Below are positions 1 to 9,949 of a stretch of DNA of 64,000 nucleotides, piece by piece (position 1 is the first letter of the stretch; the number at the start of each line of letters is the position of its first letter). The DNA comes from Haliotis cracherodii (taxonomy: Eukaryota), in contig NW_027266319.1 of the NCBI RefSeq assembly GCF_022045235.1, positions 12,090,001 through 12,154,000 on the forward strand, in the 5' to 3' direction. The translations under genes and the position numbers were made by a program. The notes under the pieces were generated by a model. The model had not been told where the DNA came from, made no database searches, and saw only the letters and a list, made by a program, of their open reading frames with translations.

Positions 1-816
1 TTTTTAATAATATTACTTCTCTTTTAATTATTGGGTTTTTAAAAGAAATAGAATTGTATAATAATTTTTGATAATGTCTTGTATAAAATAAATGATCTTT
101 TAAAATTGGTAGAATGAATTTATATCTGAGTTTGTTACTGACTGTATCCTCAAAAGGGGGTTGACGTAGTGAAAAATAATTGTCCCCCTGAGAGGATATC
201 GTAAGTCCATGTCATTCAAAGAATATTTCTGCTTATTACTCCTTTAAACGTAGAATATTTGTAATTTTATTTGTTGCTAACTTTGCGTACAATCGCCAGG
301 TGCTGAACGAATGATGTAAATCCTGCTGGGTTCCATGCAGGTTGCAAAGGTACTGTAAGTCCCCATGGTCCCCCCGACCCGTGAAGATCCGGGGTAGAAT
401 AGGTCTTCAGCAACCCATGCTTGCCGTAAAAGGCGACTAACGGGATCGGGTGGTCAGGCTCGCTGACTTGGTTGATGCATGTTATCGATCCCAATTGCGT
501 GGATCGATGTTCATGATGTAAATCACTGGATTGTCTGGTCCAGACTCGATTATTTACAGACCGCCGTCATATAGCTGGAATATTGCTGAGTGCGGCGTTA
601 AATAACAACCAAACCAAACCAAAACCCCATGGTCCTCAGAATGGTGGTCTACCTTCAGTTGCTGGCGATCTAGAGCCCGTTTTTATCTTGTATTGTAACG
701 TATAGTGCCATCCTTTTTTTATGATTCCATACTAGTTTGATATCTTTTTCTGTGAGAAGTCTAGTTATTTTACTGTCATTTGTTGGCAGGTTTTTCAAAT
801 GTTCACTCACTCACTC
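1..816 (+). mobile_element. 3' end/3' UTR of RNase H-containing LINE, with a SINE inserted
   Basis: Nearly identical to 18,613-19,428, which directly follows the RNase H/CCHC coding remnant; ends in a (CACT)n tail. Confidence 0.7.
376..624 (+). mobile_element. SINE-like retroposon family 1, full length (co-duplicated at 18,988, 23,803 and 56,871)
   Basis: ~250 bp, gacccgtgaagatcc... to an (AAACC)n tail; 11-bp TSD ccccatggtcc (361-371 / 625-635). Confidence 0.85.
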
Positions 817-1099
817 CTAACATATACGATTAAACATGGTTATTAGAAGTAGTTTTGTAAAAGCTAAATTCATTATTGCTTTAGCAAATAACAATGATGG
901 TTCAACATACACTCACATGAATATTCAAAGCGTTAACAAATGTGTTCCATGCAATAAGATGACATAATTATAACATAACGTGATTGTATTCATGTCTTAC
1001 AATCGTACAAACCACTCTGCTTTAAGCAGAGAAGTTTTGTTGCTTTTATTTACATATACAATGTCCGAACATCGATAGTGTAATGACATTCAAGTGTTA

Positions 1100-1200
1100 T
1101 GTTGGGGCGCATCATCATATTGACAAAGCTATTCAGATGGTGATTGTGAAATTCAGATAATGACTAAACGGTTTCTCTTGGATACGAACAATACCTTTGT
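1100..1200 (+). promoter_or_regulatory. Putative proximal promoter motifs conserved between A and B genes
   Basis: attgacaaagctatt, taatgactaa and ggatacgaacaatacc occur in the same order upstream of all eight genes, with single-base variants (B1 counterpart 8,367-8,490, with ctatataa). Confidence 0.45.
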
Positions 1201-1304
1201 AATACTATACATCATTTCTAATATTGAGTCTCAGCGTGTGGCCGTTTCCATTGCAGTTGTGCTGTTTCTTATTCGACGTTAACCACCCTGACATAGTCTT
1301 GGAA

Positions 1305-2510
1305 ATGTTTGACTTGCACAGATGTGTCCTTATCCTTCTTCTCTGTCACCTGACAATTGGCTCTGTTTCTTACAAAGAGAAAGATTTTCTGGACAATCTC
1401 ACCTTGAACTATGACCCCAAGATCCGTCCCGTGTTAGATGGTTCCAATACGATGGTGGGTATCACAATGGGATTGTCCACAATTTTATCTCTGGATGAAA
1501 AACAGGAAGTGCTCAGCTTTAAAGCATGGGTTTTAATGACATGGAAGGACCAACTTTTGGTGTGGAACATGACAGATGGCATTCCCGATACAGTGGCTAT
1601 ACCCTTGGTTGATGTATGGTCACCAACCATTATGAATCTTAACTCTGTGACAAACTTGAGGTATTTGAAAGATAATACGGATACTGTGCTTGTCTTTCGG
1701 GATGGAACAGTTATGTATTCCTACACAGGTAGGTTTGACATTGGATGCAAGGTGAATATCCAACAGTTTCCTTTTGATCCTCAGTCATGTACTTTTCACT
1801 TGCAAACATTCTATGCCCCTGTAACTAAGGAATATCTTCAAGTACAAGACAAGCATTTAAATCTAGAAACATATAAGGAAAGCGGAGAATTTCACCTTCT
1901 CAGTGCATCAATGGCACTACGGGAATACAAGACTCTCGGTGTGAGCAGTGACTGGATTGAAGTGACCTTAGTCCTGCAGAGACGAACTATGTTCTACATC
2001 CTAAACAACATCCTGCCTGTTGTGTTCCTGTCCTTTCTCAACACCTTCGCCTTCCTGTTGCCCGAGGAGAGCGGAGAGAAGATATCCTTGTGTGTCTCCA
2101 TCCTGTTGTCATATGCCATGTTCCTCACCCTCATCAACTCCTACCTACCAGCAAACTCCGACCACCTGTGTTTCTTTAGTGTCTATGTCACCCTGCTCGT
2201 GTTAATCAGTACGCTCACGTGCCTTGTCACAATCTTCATGTTCGTACTTAACACTCGTCTTCAAAGGGGCAAAGTTTGTCCAAGATGGCTGCCACTAGCT
2301 TGGGGATCAGACAGCAAAGTTGGGACCACTGAACCACGGGTTGAGATTGAAGACGTGGCTCCAAACCAATCAGATGATAAGGAGAAAGCAAACAAGACGA
2401 CAGACATGAAGGATTTGATAATGACCAGGTGTAACAAGGTAGCATTTGGGACTTTCTTCACACTCACAATTCTCATTAACCTGATATATTTCATCAGCGT
2501 ATCTCTATGA
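1305..2510 (+). CDS. Atypical nAChR-like Cys-loop ligand-gated ion channel subunit, subtype A (copy A1), single exon
   Basis: Uninterrupted ORF; the track starts at TTG 1224 and the first ATG is 1305. It has a signal peptide MFDLHRCVLILLLCHLTIGS, NYDPKIRPV, WKDQLLVW, Cys-loop CKVNIQQFPFDPQSC (C-x13-C), pre-M1 RR, LPEESGEK+M2, M3 and a C-terminal M4. No loop-C Cys-Cys. Confidence 0.93.
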   Translation: MFDLHRCVLILLLCHLTIGSVSYKEKDFLDNLTLNYDPKIRPVLDGSNTMVGITMGLSTILSLDEKQEVLSFKAWVLMTWKDQLLVWNMTDGIPDTVAIPLVDVWSPTIMNLNSVTNLRYLKDNTDTVLVFRDGTVMYSYTGRFDIGCKVNIQQFPFDPQSCTFHLQTFYAPVTKEYLQVQDKHLNLETYKESGEFHLLSASMALREYKTLGVSSDWIEVTLVLQRRTMFYILNNILPVVFLSFLNTFAFLLPEESGEKISLCVSILLSYAMFLTLINSYLPANSDHLCFFSVYVTLLVLISTLTCLVTIFMFVLNTRLQRGKVCPRWLPLAWGSDSKVGTTEPRVEIEDVAPNQSDDKEKANKTTDMKDLIMTRCNKVAFGTFFTLTILINLIYFISVSL

Positions 2511-2972
2511 AGAACATCATTCACTGATATGGCTTAATATGAACTGTGAGGGCTAAGAAAACTAACTTTTACTACTTTTACTTTTAGCTTGTAGGCTCCT
2601 GGAGACAACCGGGAAAAAGAATATATTCGATTGGTTGGTAGATGTATATTTTGACATATCTTGTGTGTGTTTTGGGGCATCAGTCACAATATAATAGGAG
2701 ATGCCATATTGTGACCTTTTGGTGTGAACAATTGACTTGCGTTTGATATCTTTAGAATGGAAAGAGTTTTTGCCACGTTTATTTGCATTCGTTCATCCTA
2801 ACTTCACAGTAGGGAAGGCTGGCATGATATTCGGGTGATGATTATTATAATCCTACATTCAGCCGGGGAATAACACACAGTATAACATACGAGGTAAGTA
2901 TTACTGATCAGGTGGGGATAGAGACCAATGACGAACTTCCATTTGAATTGTATTCAGTCAGTTTATAAATTA

Positions 2973-4199
2973 TACTCTCCAAAAAAAGAAACGCAAAATT
3001 GATAGTTTGGGTCATAAAAGCAAAATAAGCGGACCAAGAGGGGCAAAATGAAGATGTTTAATGTGTTTAGTGTCAGTGACAAATTTCCTAGATCAAAATG
3101 ATCATAACAAGGACATGCAAACCATTAGTCGTGAAACACGTACGATTCGGAAAAACGCACCCAGTGCATTAATAAAAGGGCCATGGAGCTGCACGTCCTG
3201 CAAGTGCAGCAGCACTATTAAAATGCAGGATTATTTTTTGCCTAGCATCTGCGTCAGTCGTACAGTGACACTTTTACAACATGCCAAGATTAACAGAAGT
3301 GCAAAGAAACAACGTCTTTGGTGCAGGCAGGGGAATCCAGATCAGTTGCAGCCAGGGTTTTCAATGAACAAGGCTATGAGATCGGTTTTAACAACATGGG
3401 TCAACACGTGATCGGCCAAGGTCGGGACGACCAAGAGTAACCACCCCCGCTCAAGATCGTTACATCTGACTGCGCTAAAGGACGACCACAGCGACCTCAA
3501 CTGCATCCCAAATACCCGGACTGCGCAGAATCTCCGACCAGACCGTACGGTACCGTTTAAGAGCAGCAGGTCTACGAGCAAGACGTCCTGTTCGACGTGT
3601 CATATTCAGTCGACACCACTGTCAACAACGACTGCATTGGTGTCGTCAACACACGATATGGCCTCAACTGCAATGGAGAGATGTCTGGTTCAGTGACGAA
3701 TCAAGATTTCTCCACCGTCGAGGGGATGGAAGAGCACGGGTCTATAGACGTCGGGGAGAACGTTACGCCGGAAGCTGCGTACAGGAAGTGGACAGGTTTG
3801 GTGGGGGTAGCGTCATAATGTGGGCAGAATTCTCTCATCATGGCAGGACATGTTTGGTCCATAGCCAGGGCTACACAACAACAACGTTTATGTTCTCCCC
3901 TGGCCCTCCTGATCCCCGGATTTGAACCCGATAGAGCACCTGTGGGATGAATTGGATAGACGGCTATGCCGACTTCAACAACAACCCTAGACGTTGCAGC
4001 AGTTAGCTTTAGCGTTGCAGGCCGAGTTGGCTACCATCGCCCAGGATGTGATTCGCATACTCGTCTCTTCCATGGGCAGGAGATGTCAGGCCGCTATCGA
4101 TTCCAACCGGGGACATACACGTTATTGAAGGTAGTTGACCTTCACCCTGGACATTTCCTGTACCGATAACTGAGATGACTACAATCACGAAGTGTTCTC
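2973..4199 (+). mobile_element. Degenerate Tc1/mariner transposon, family A (transposase pseudogene)
   Basis: TA followed by a TIR-like tactctccaaaaaaagaaacgcaa. Frameshifted MPRLTEVQRN (3281), WFSDESRF, PDLNPIEHLWDELDRR and GHTRY*. No right TIR seen. Confidence 0.85.
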
Positions 4200-4465
4200 G
4201 ACCCGTGAAGATCCGGGCTAGAATAGGTCTTCAGCAACCCTTGCTTGACGTAAAAGGTGACTGTGCTTGTCGTAAAAGGCGACTAACGGGATCGGGTGGT
4301 CGGGCTCGATGACTCGGTTGATGCATGTCATCGATCCCAAAGGCGTGGATGGATGCTCGTGATATTAATCACTGGATTGTCTGTTCCAGACTCGATTATT
4401 TACAGACCGCCGTCATATAGTTGGAATATTGCTGAGTGCGGCGTTAAACAACAAACCAACCAACC
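4200..4465 (+). mobile_element. SINE-like family 1, full length with a duplicated head hairpin (co-duplicated at 22,809, 33,594, 42,998 and 60,695)
   Basis: 10-bp TSD aagtgttctc (4,190-4,199 / 4,466-4,475); (AACC)n tail. Confidence 0.88.
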
Positions 4466-5242
4466 AAGTGTTCTCTCTACAATTTTCCCTCAATACCTTG
4501 TACAGTTCCTCGTATAAATGTATTTTCCCGACACACACAAATCTGGCTTTGCATTTATCATTTTCAAGAGTATACTTCAATCGTTCAGTCACCTAATTAC
4601 ATTTTTTATTTGTGTCTTTGTTACCCAGTTCTAATGTAACTAATGTATTTAACCTTGTAAGTTACTCAGTGATGATGTTGTTATTCTGTTGTTGTTGTTT
4701 TTGACAGTTTATGATAGCTGATGGATAGTCAATTGACGATTGCTTCGATGGTGGAGTCATTTAGAGTATTTTACTTGTGTGTTTGTTACCAAGTTTTAAA
4801 TTTTACTGATTCACTTCAATTGTGATTAAGAATAAATATGCTTTTCATTATGTTCTTGTTGTTGTTATTCTATTGACAAATTGTGTTTGATAGTTTATGA
4901 TAGCTGCTGAATCGGGAAACCCATATTACTGTCAGGAAAGTCCACATATATACAGATGAACATTACTCGGCACCTATCATCTGTTAGTTCGAACGATTCA
5001 TTCGGAACGTTACCGTCTGATTTAACGGGTTTTCACTTGATATCACAGGCGTATGTGTGATATCCTGCGGGAATATTTCTACTGGAAGCATTAATTATTC
5101 CTTGTTTTATTCCCTCAATGTAGAGCACAAGGCACAGTAACAACAAGTGCCATCTTTTAACGTCGTTTGGTATGACGTGGCCAATGGATTGAAACACCAA
5201 CCTTCTGCTTCTCTGGTCAGACGCTTTATCAACAAGGTCACG

Positions 5243-5451
5243 TTTTTGTTTGTTTGTTTGTTTGTCTGTTGTTTAACGCCACACTCAGCAATATTCCAGC
5301 TAAATGACGGCGGTCTGTAAATAATCGAGTCTGGACCAGACAATCCAGTTTATTGACATCATGAGCATCGATCCACGCAATTAGGATACGATGACATGCA
5401 TCAAACAAGACAGTGAGCCTGACCACCCAATCCCGTTAGTCTCCTCTTACA
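5243..5451 (-). mobile_element. SINE-like family 1, 5'-truncated (also ~27,446, ~34,668, ~44,055 and 61,738)
   Basis: Reverse complement of the family 1 body with an (AAAC)n tail. Confidence 0.8.
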
Positions 5452-5534
5452 GATGGTTTCAGAGTTGGGTCTATTATAAGCTCTATAGTTGGTAGTGAAA
5501 TGATGTAAGTGGGTGATAATTTATGTTCTCTTTC

Positions 5535-5767
5535 GGGGGCACGGGTGGCCCAGTCGTCTAAGGCGCCGCGATTCTCTGTGCAGAGTTGCGTCCCTTGGGC
5601 ACGCCAGAAACCTATGATTGTGGGTTCGAATACCGGGTTTGTCAGCACCATACCCGTGCTCGTGGGTTTCAACGAAATGGTAAACGTCTCCCACATTAAG
5701 CTGACACACTGCGATATAACTGGAATAATGTTAAAAGCGGCGTTAAACCCAACTCACTCACTCACTT
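5535..5767 (+). mobile_element. tRNA-derived SINE family 2 (also 27,729, 34,942, 44,313 and 62,030; diverged minus-strand copies at ~16,767-17,022 and ~54,655-54,904)
   Basis: A box tggcccagtcg (5,546), B box ggttcgaatacc (5,623), (CACT)n tail and TSD tgttctctt. Confidence 0.8.
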
Positions 5768-7290
5768 TGTTCTCTTCATGTTTCAAATTTCTCTGCAATG
5801 TTTATTTATGTTATTGCTGTTACCAAAATACCAATTTCTGTTTTTCATGCACCCAGTTTCTTTTCCTTTTTTTGGTTTGCACACTTACCATTGTCAAATG
5901 TATGGTAATCCTACACATAATTGTATGACATTTAAATAAGGATACTTTACAACTGTGTATTACAGTACTTAAACGCGGAAAGTAACAAGTGAAGGCACAT
6001 CGCTATTTGGTGTTAAAATGCCCACTGAAGAAAGGCTCAAACGGTAAGTGGCACATTAACAAGAGAAAGCAAAGAAATGTCGTCATCTCGACTTTTTCAA
6101 GAGGTATGTCGTCCGCAACCCTGTACATTTACATGTTTGAAATCGTTTTAGGGGTGGACCATTTGATTTCTAGGGGGAGGGGGGACACGCAGTCCATAAT
6201 TCTGGGTAAATAAACAACTCAGCCTTCATCTGCTTGAGAAACAAATCTCATCCTTAATAAAAAAAGACCGCATTAAGGCCATCCTCATCTATACAGAGTT
6301 TTCATGAGCGAAGCCACAATCGTAGACTGTATGCCCGTAGCGCTTATTTCTTGTTACTAAAAAATAGTATCAATGTTAAGCAAGATGACCCGGTATAGAA
6401 GTGATCAAGTCGTTTTAAGATGTTATATAGTAGTAATTGGATGGTAATTTGCCTGAACTTCGGTATTACCCTCATACTTCGGTCCTGATGACTTGGGATG
6501 AGCGAGAGGTACAATGTCAGTACCCGAGGGACCTTGGATCTTAATTTACCGTAGTTCCTTCAGCAATCACAAAGGATGTTCTTCGTTTAACAGCTTTTAT
6601 TCTCTTTGTGTTGCCGGTCAACCCACTCTATTTGTCACTCAATCAAGAGACTCCGGCCGCAAGGCTTCAGTCCCAGTCAAAATGCTGGTGGCTTAAGATT
6701 GTTTCCGAGTACGACTTTAGTGACTGTCAGACAAGAGTGGGCGCACACCAGAACCCCGACTTGGGGCCTGACATTCCCCTAAAACCCGGTTCCTACATCA
6801 CAAGAGTTCTCATTGGTCTGCAACCAGAACCCCTTCAACAGACCATTCCAACCTACCCGCAGTTCTTTACCAGAATCCTTATTAGGTCTTTCGTAAGACG
6901 AACACCAATTTCCAGGAATCTGAACTCTCTTCCCTAATACCATATATTTTTTTATCTGTTGGTTGGTCTCTTATTATTATTCCTCTATTTCTGGTAGCGC
7001 GGATGTTATTTCTAACCTTATTACCTTGCCATGATACCTGATAGAACCCCTTGCTCTCGTGGCGTAGTGCTGCTCTCACCTTGAAGGGCTGTATATCTAC
7101 TCAAGGATGGTACCTACTCAAGAATGTTGCCAATGCTTGTCATGATATCTGGTATACATTCCCTCTTATTTCTATGACATACTGTTATAATTTCCTCTTA
7201 ATTATCCAAATACATATTACAATTAATGACTTAATGATTTAACTTCCCTTTAATTATCTAACTGCCTATTTTAATTTCAGGTCTATATTA

Positions 7291-7494
7291 CTTGTCATAT
7301 GAGGCGACTAACGGGATCGGGTGGTCAGGCTCGCTGACATGGTTGATGCATGTTATCCTTTCCCCATTGAGTGGATTGATGCTCATGATGTCAATCACTG
7401 GATTGTCTGGTCCAGACACGATATTTTACAAACTGTCGTCAAATAGCTGGAATATTGCCGAGTGCGGTGTTAAACAACAAATAACCAACCAACC
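7291..7494 (+). mobile_element. SINE-like family 1, 5'-truncated (also 29,478, 36,663 and 45,762)
   Basis: ggcgactaacgggatcgggtggtcagg ... gctggaatattgccgagtgcggtgttaaacaac. Confidence 0.8.
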
Positions 7495-8592
7495 TTCATC
7501 GCCAATCAGAGTTAGCAGCGCTGTTTGCGGTCCATTGTCAGGTTGCCAGATGCTCTTGCTTGAATTTCTTCCATGCAATCATACCATCCACACTGAAATC
7601 CATCGCTTTCGGAGCCAGTATATTCTGCATTTTAATCATTTAGCAACCCTTTAACTTCTAACATCATGAATTATTTCCTGTGAATACTGACAAGTCAACT
7701 TGAGCCGTTTCATTTTATTCTACCGGAGGTTCATTACACTAGACTTGGAGTAAATGTTCTCTGCTATTTTATCGGTCATAAATGAATGTTATTTTTTGAC
7801 TATGCAAACGTTACTGTGGCACTTGTGTTGTTCAGTAGTTGTAGCATCTAAATGGCATGTGAAAATGGAGTGCTCTTTTCGCTACTCGGGGTCTCCCTTT
7901 TTCAAAGGAAGTACCCTGCCATTGTGATAACCTGCAGAAAACACAAATGCAAGAAATCAATTTCAGGTGTCCAATGTTGTGTCTTGGCTGGTATATGGCT
8001 AAAAACGGCGTAAATCCAATACCCTCAATTACACTGTACGATTCCTGTAATGAACGGGACAAACTGAAAACATTGGACATTCTCCATGTGTTATAACGTA
8101 ATCAGTACATCTCAAAGATGTGATGCTGATGACGTTGTATCCTACAAATAACATTATGGTAAGCCATAATATTTCAGAACATTCTTTATATGAGTAGTTT
8201 TGAAAGATTTAACTTTATTACTGGATAACATCAAAATCAGACGTTAGTATACGTGTACGTCATCCACTCAAGGACAACATTCAATGCTCTACTGAATGTG
8301 CGTCATTTAATGTTATGGTTATAATACTATGTCAAAACACTGACTTGATAATTACAATTACAGTAATGTGGGGACGCAACATAACATTGACAAAGCTATT
8401 TCAGTTGTGATGGAGAACACCAAGTCAGTTAATGACTAATTGATCCTCGCTTTGGCACGTTTCTCCTGGATACGAACAATACCTATATAACGTCATGAAT
8501 CATTGCTAATCTTCAGTATCTGCGTGTGGCCGTTTTCATTGCGGTTGTGCTGTTTCTTGCAAAACATTAACCACGGTGATATAGTTTACGAA

Positions 8593-9813
8593 ATGATGTT
8601 TGATTTCTGCAGATGTTTCTTTATCCTTCTTCTCTGTCACCTGACAATTGGCTCTGTTTCATATAAAGAGAAAGAATTCCTGGCCAATCTCACCTTGAAC
8701 TATGACCCCAAGATCCGCCCCGTATTAGATGGTTCCAAGACGATTGTGTATGTCAGTTTGGGATTGTCCACAATATTATCTCTGGATGAAAAACAGGAAG
8801 TGCTCAGTTTTAAAGCATGGGTTATAATGGTCTGGCAGGACCAGCTTTTGGTGTGGGACATGACAGACGGCATTCCCGATACAGTGGCTATGCCCTTGGT
8901 GGATGTATGGTCACCAACCATAATGAATCTTGACTCTGTGACAGACCTGAGGTATCTTTATGATGAAACGGATTCTGTGCTTGTCAATAAGGATGGTACA
9001 GTTATATATTCCTACACAGGTAGGTTTGACATAGGATGCAAGGTGAATATACAACAGTTTCCTTTCGATCGTCAGTCATGCACTTTTCACTTGCAAACAT
9101 TCTATGCCCCTGTAACTAAGGAATATCTTCAGGTAGCAAACACGTATTTAAATCTGGAAAAATACAACCAAAACGGAGAATTTCACCTTCTCAGTGCATC
9201 AATAGCGTTGCAGAAATTCAAGATTTACAATGCCAGTAATGAATGGATAGAAGTGACCCTGGTCCTACAGAGACGACCTATGTTCTACATCCTCAACAAT
9301 ATCCTGCCCGTTGTGTTCCTGTCCTTTCTCAACACCTTTGCCTTCCTGCTGCCCGAGGAAAGTGGTGAGAAGATGTCCCTGTGTGTCTCCATCCTGTTGT
9401 CATATGCCATGTTCCTCACACTCATCAACTCCTACCTACCAGCAAACTCCGACCACCTGTGTTTCTTCAGTGTCTATGTCACCCTGCTCGTGTTAATCAG
9501 CACGCTCACGTGCCTTGTCACAATCTTCATGCTGATATTACACACTCATCTTCAAAGGGGCATGGCTAGTCCAAGATGGCTGCCAATTGCTTGGGGATCA
9601 GACAGCAAAGTTGGGACGACTGAACCACGGGTTAAGAATGACGATGTAGCTCCATACCAATCAGATGTGAAAGACAAAGACAAAGACAAAGCAAACAAGA
9701 AGTTAGACATGAAGGATGCGATAATCACCAAATGTAACAAGGTGGCATTTGGAACGTTCTTCACACTCACAATTCTTGTTAATCTGATATTTTTCATCTG
9801 CGTCTCTCTTTGA
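8593..9813 (+). CDS. Atypical nAChR-like Cys-loop subunit, subtype B (copy B1), single exon
   Basis: Same architecture; Cys-loop CKVNIQQFPFDRQSC; loop C IALQKFKIYNASNEW. The track starts at TTG 8503 and the first in-frame ATG is 8593. Confidence 0.93.
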   Translation: MMFDFCRCFFILLLCHLTIGSVSYKEKEFLANLTLNYDPKIRPVLDGSKTIVYVSLGLSTILSLDEKQEVLSFKAWVIMVWQDQLLVWDMTDGIPDTVAMPLVDVWSPTIMNLDSVTDLRYLYDETDSVLVNKDGTVIYSYTGRFDIGCKVNIQQFPFDRQSCTFHLQTFYAPVTKEYLQVANTYLNLEKYNQNGEFHLLSASIALQKFKIYNASNEWIEVTLVLQRRPMFYILNNILPVVFLSFLNTFAFLLPEESGEKMSLCVSILLSYAMFLTLINSYLPANSDHLCFFSVYVTLLVLISTLTCLVTIFMLILHTHLQRGMASPRWLPIAWGSDSKVGTTEPRVKNDDVAPYQSDVKDKDKDKANKKLDMKDAIITKCNKVAFGTFFTLTILVNLIFFICVSL

Positions 9814-9949
9814 TGGACACCATCACTGATATGCCAGAATATAAACTGTTTGACTACCAAACAAGGGAATCATTGCTGTCATTGCTTCCGCAGTTCGTAA
9901 GAAAACTCAGTGTTAGACAGTAATAGTCAGACCAGAAGGATGAGACGTA

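Noticed and set aside
1305-2510. Assignment to a named nAChR gene (e.g. alpha7, alpha9/10, beta) or to AChBP
   Set aside because: There are no vicinal cysteines, the sequence is strongly diverged, and the full TM domain is present; orthology cannot be determined by eye.
1409-2524. Recurrent antisense and alternate-frame ORFs inside the receptor genes
   Set aside because: They are shadows of the real CDS and recur only because the gene is duplicated.
6478-6535. Hammerhead-like motif ggtc-CTGATGA...gaga-ggtac..gtacc..gggacc
   Set aside because: The GAAA core is GAGA or GTGA and the UH cleavage triplet is missing in all five copies; stem II is poor. At best a dead relic.
267-7654. Short ORFs containing DSIIYRPPSYSWNIAECGVKQQ and similar strings
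   Set aside because: These are translations of SINE family 1, not proteins.
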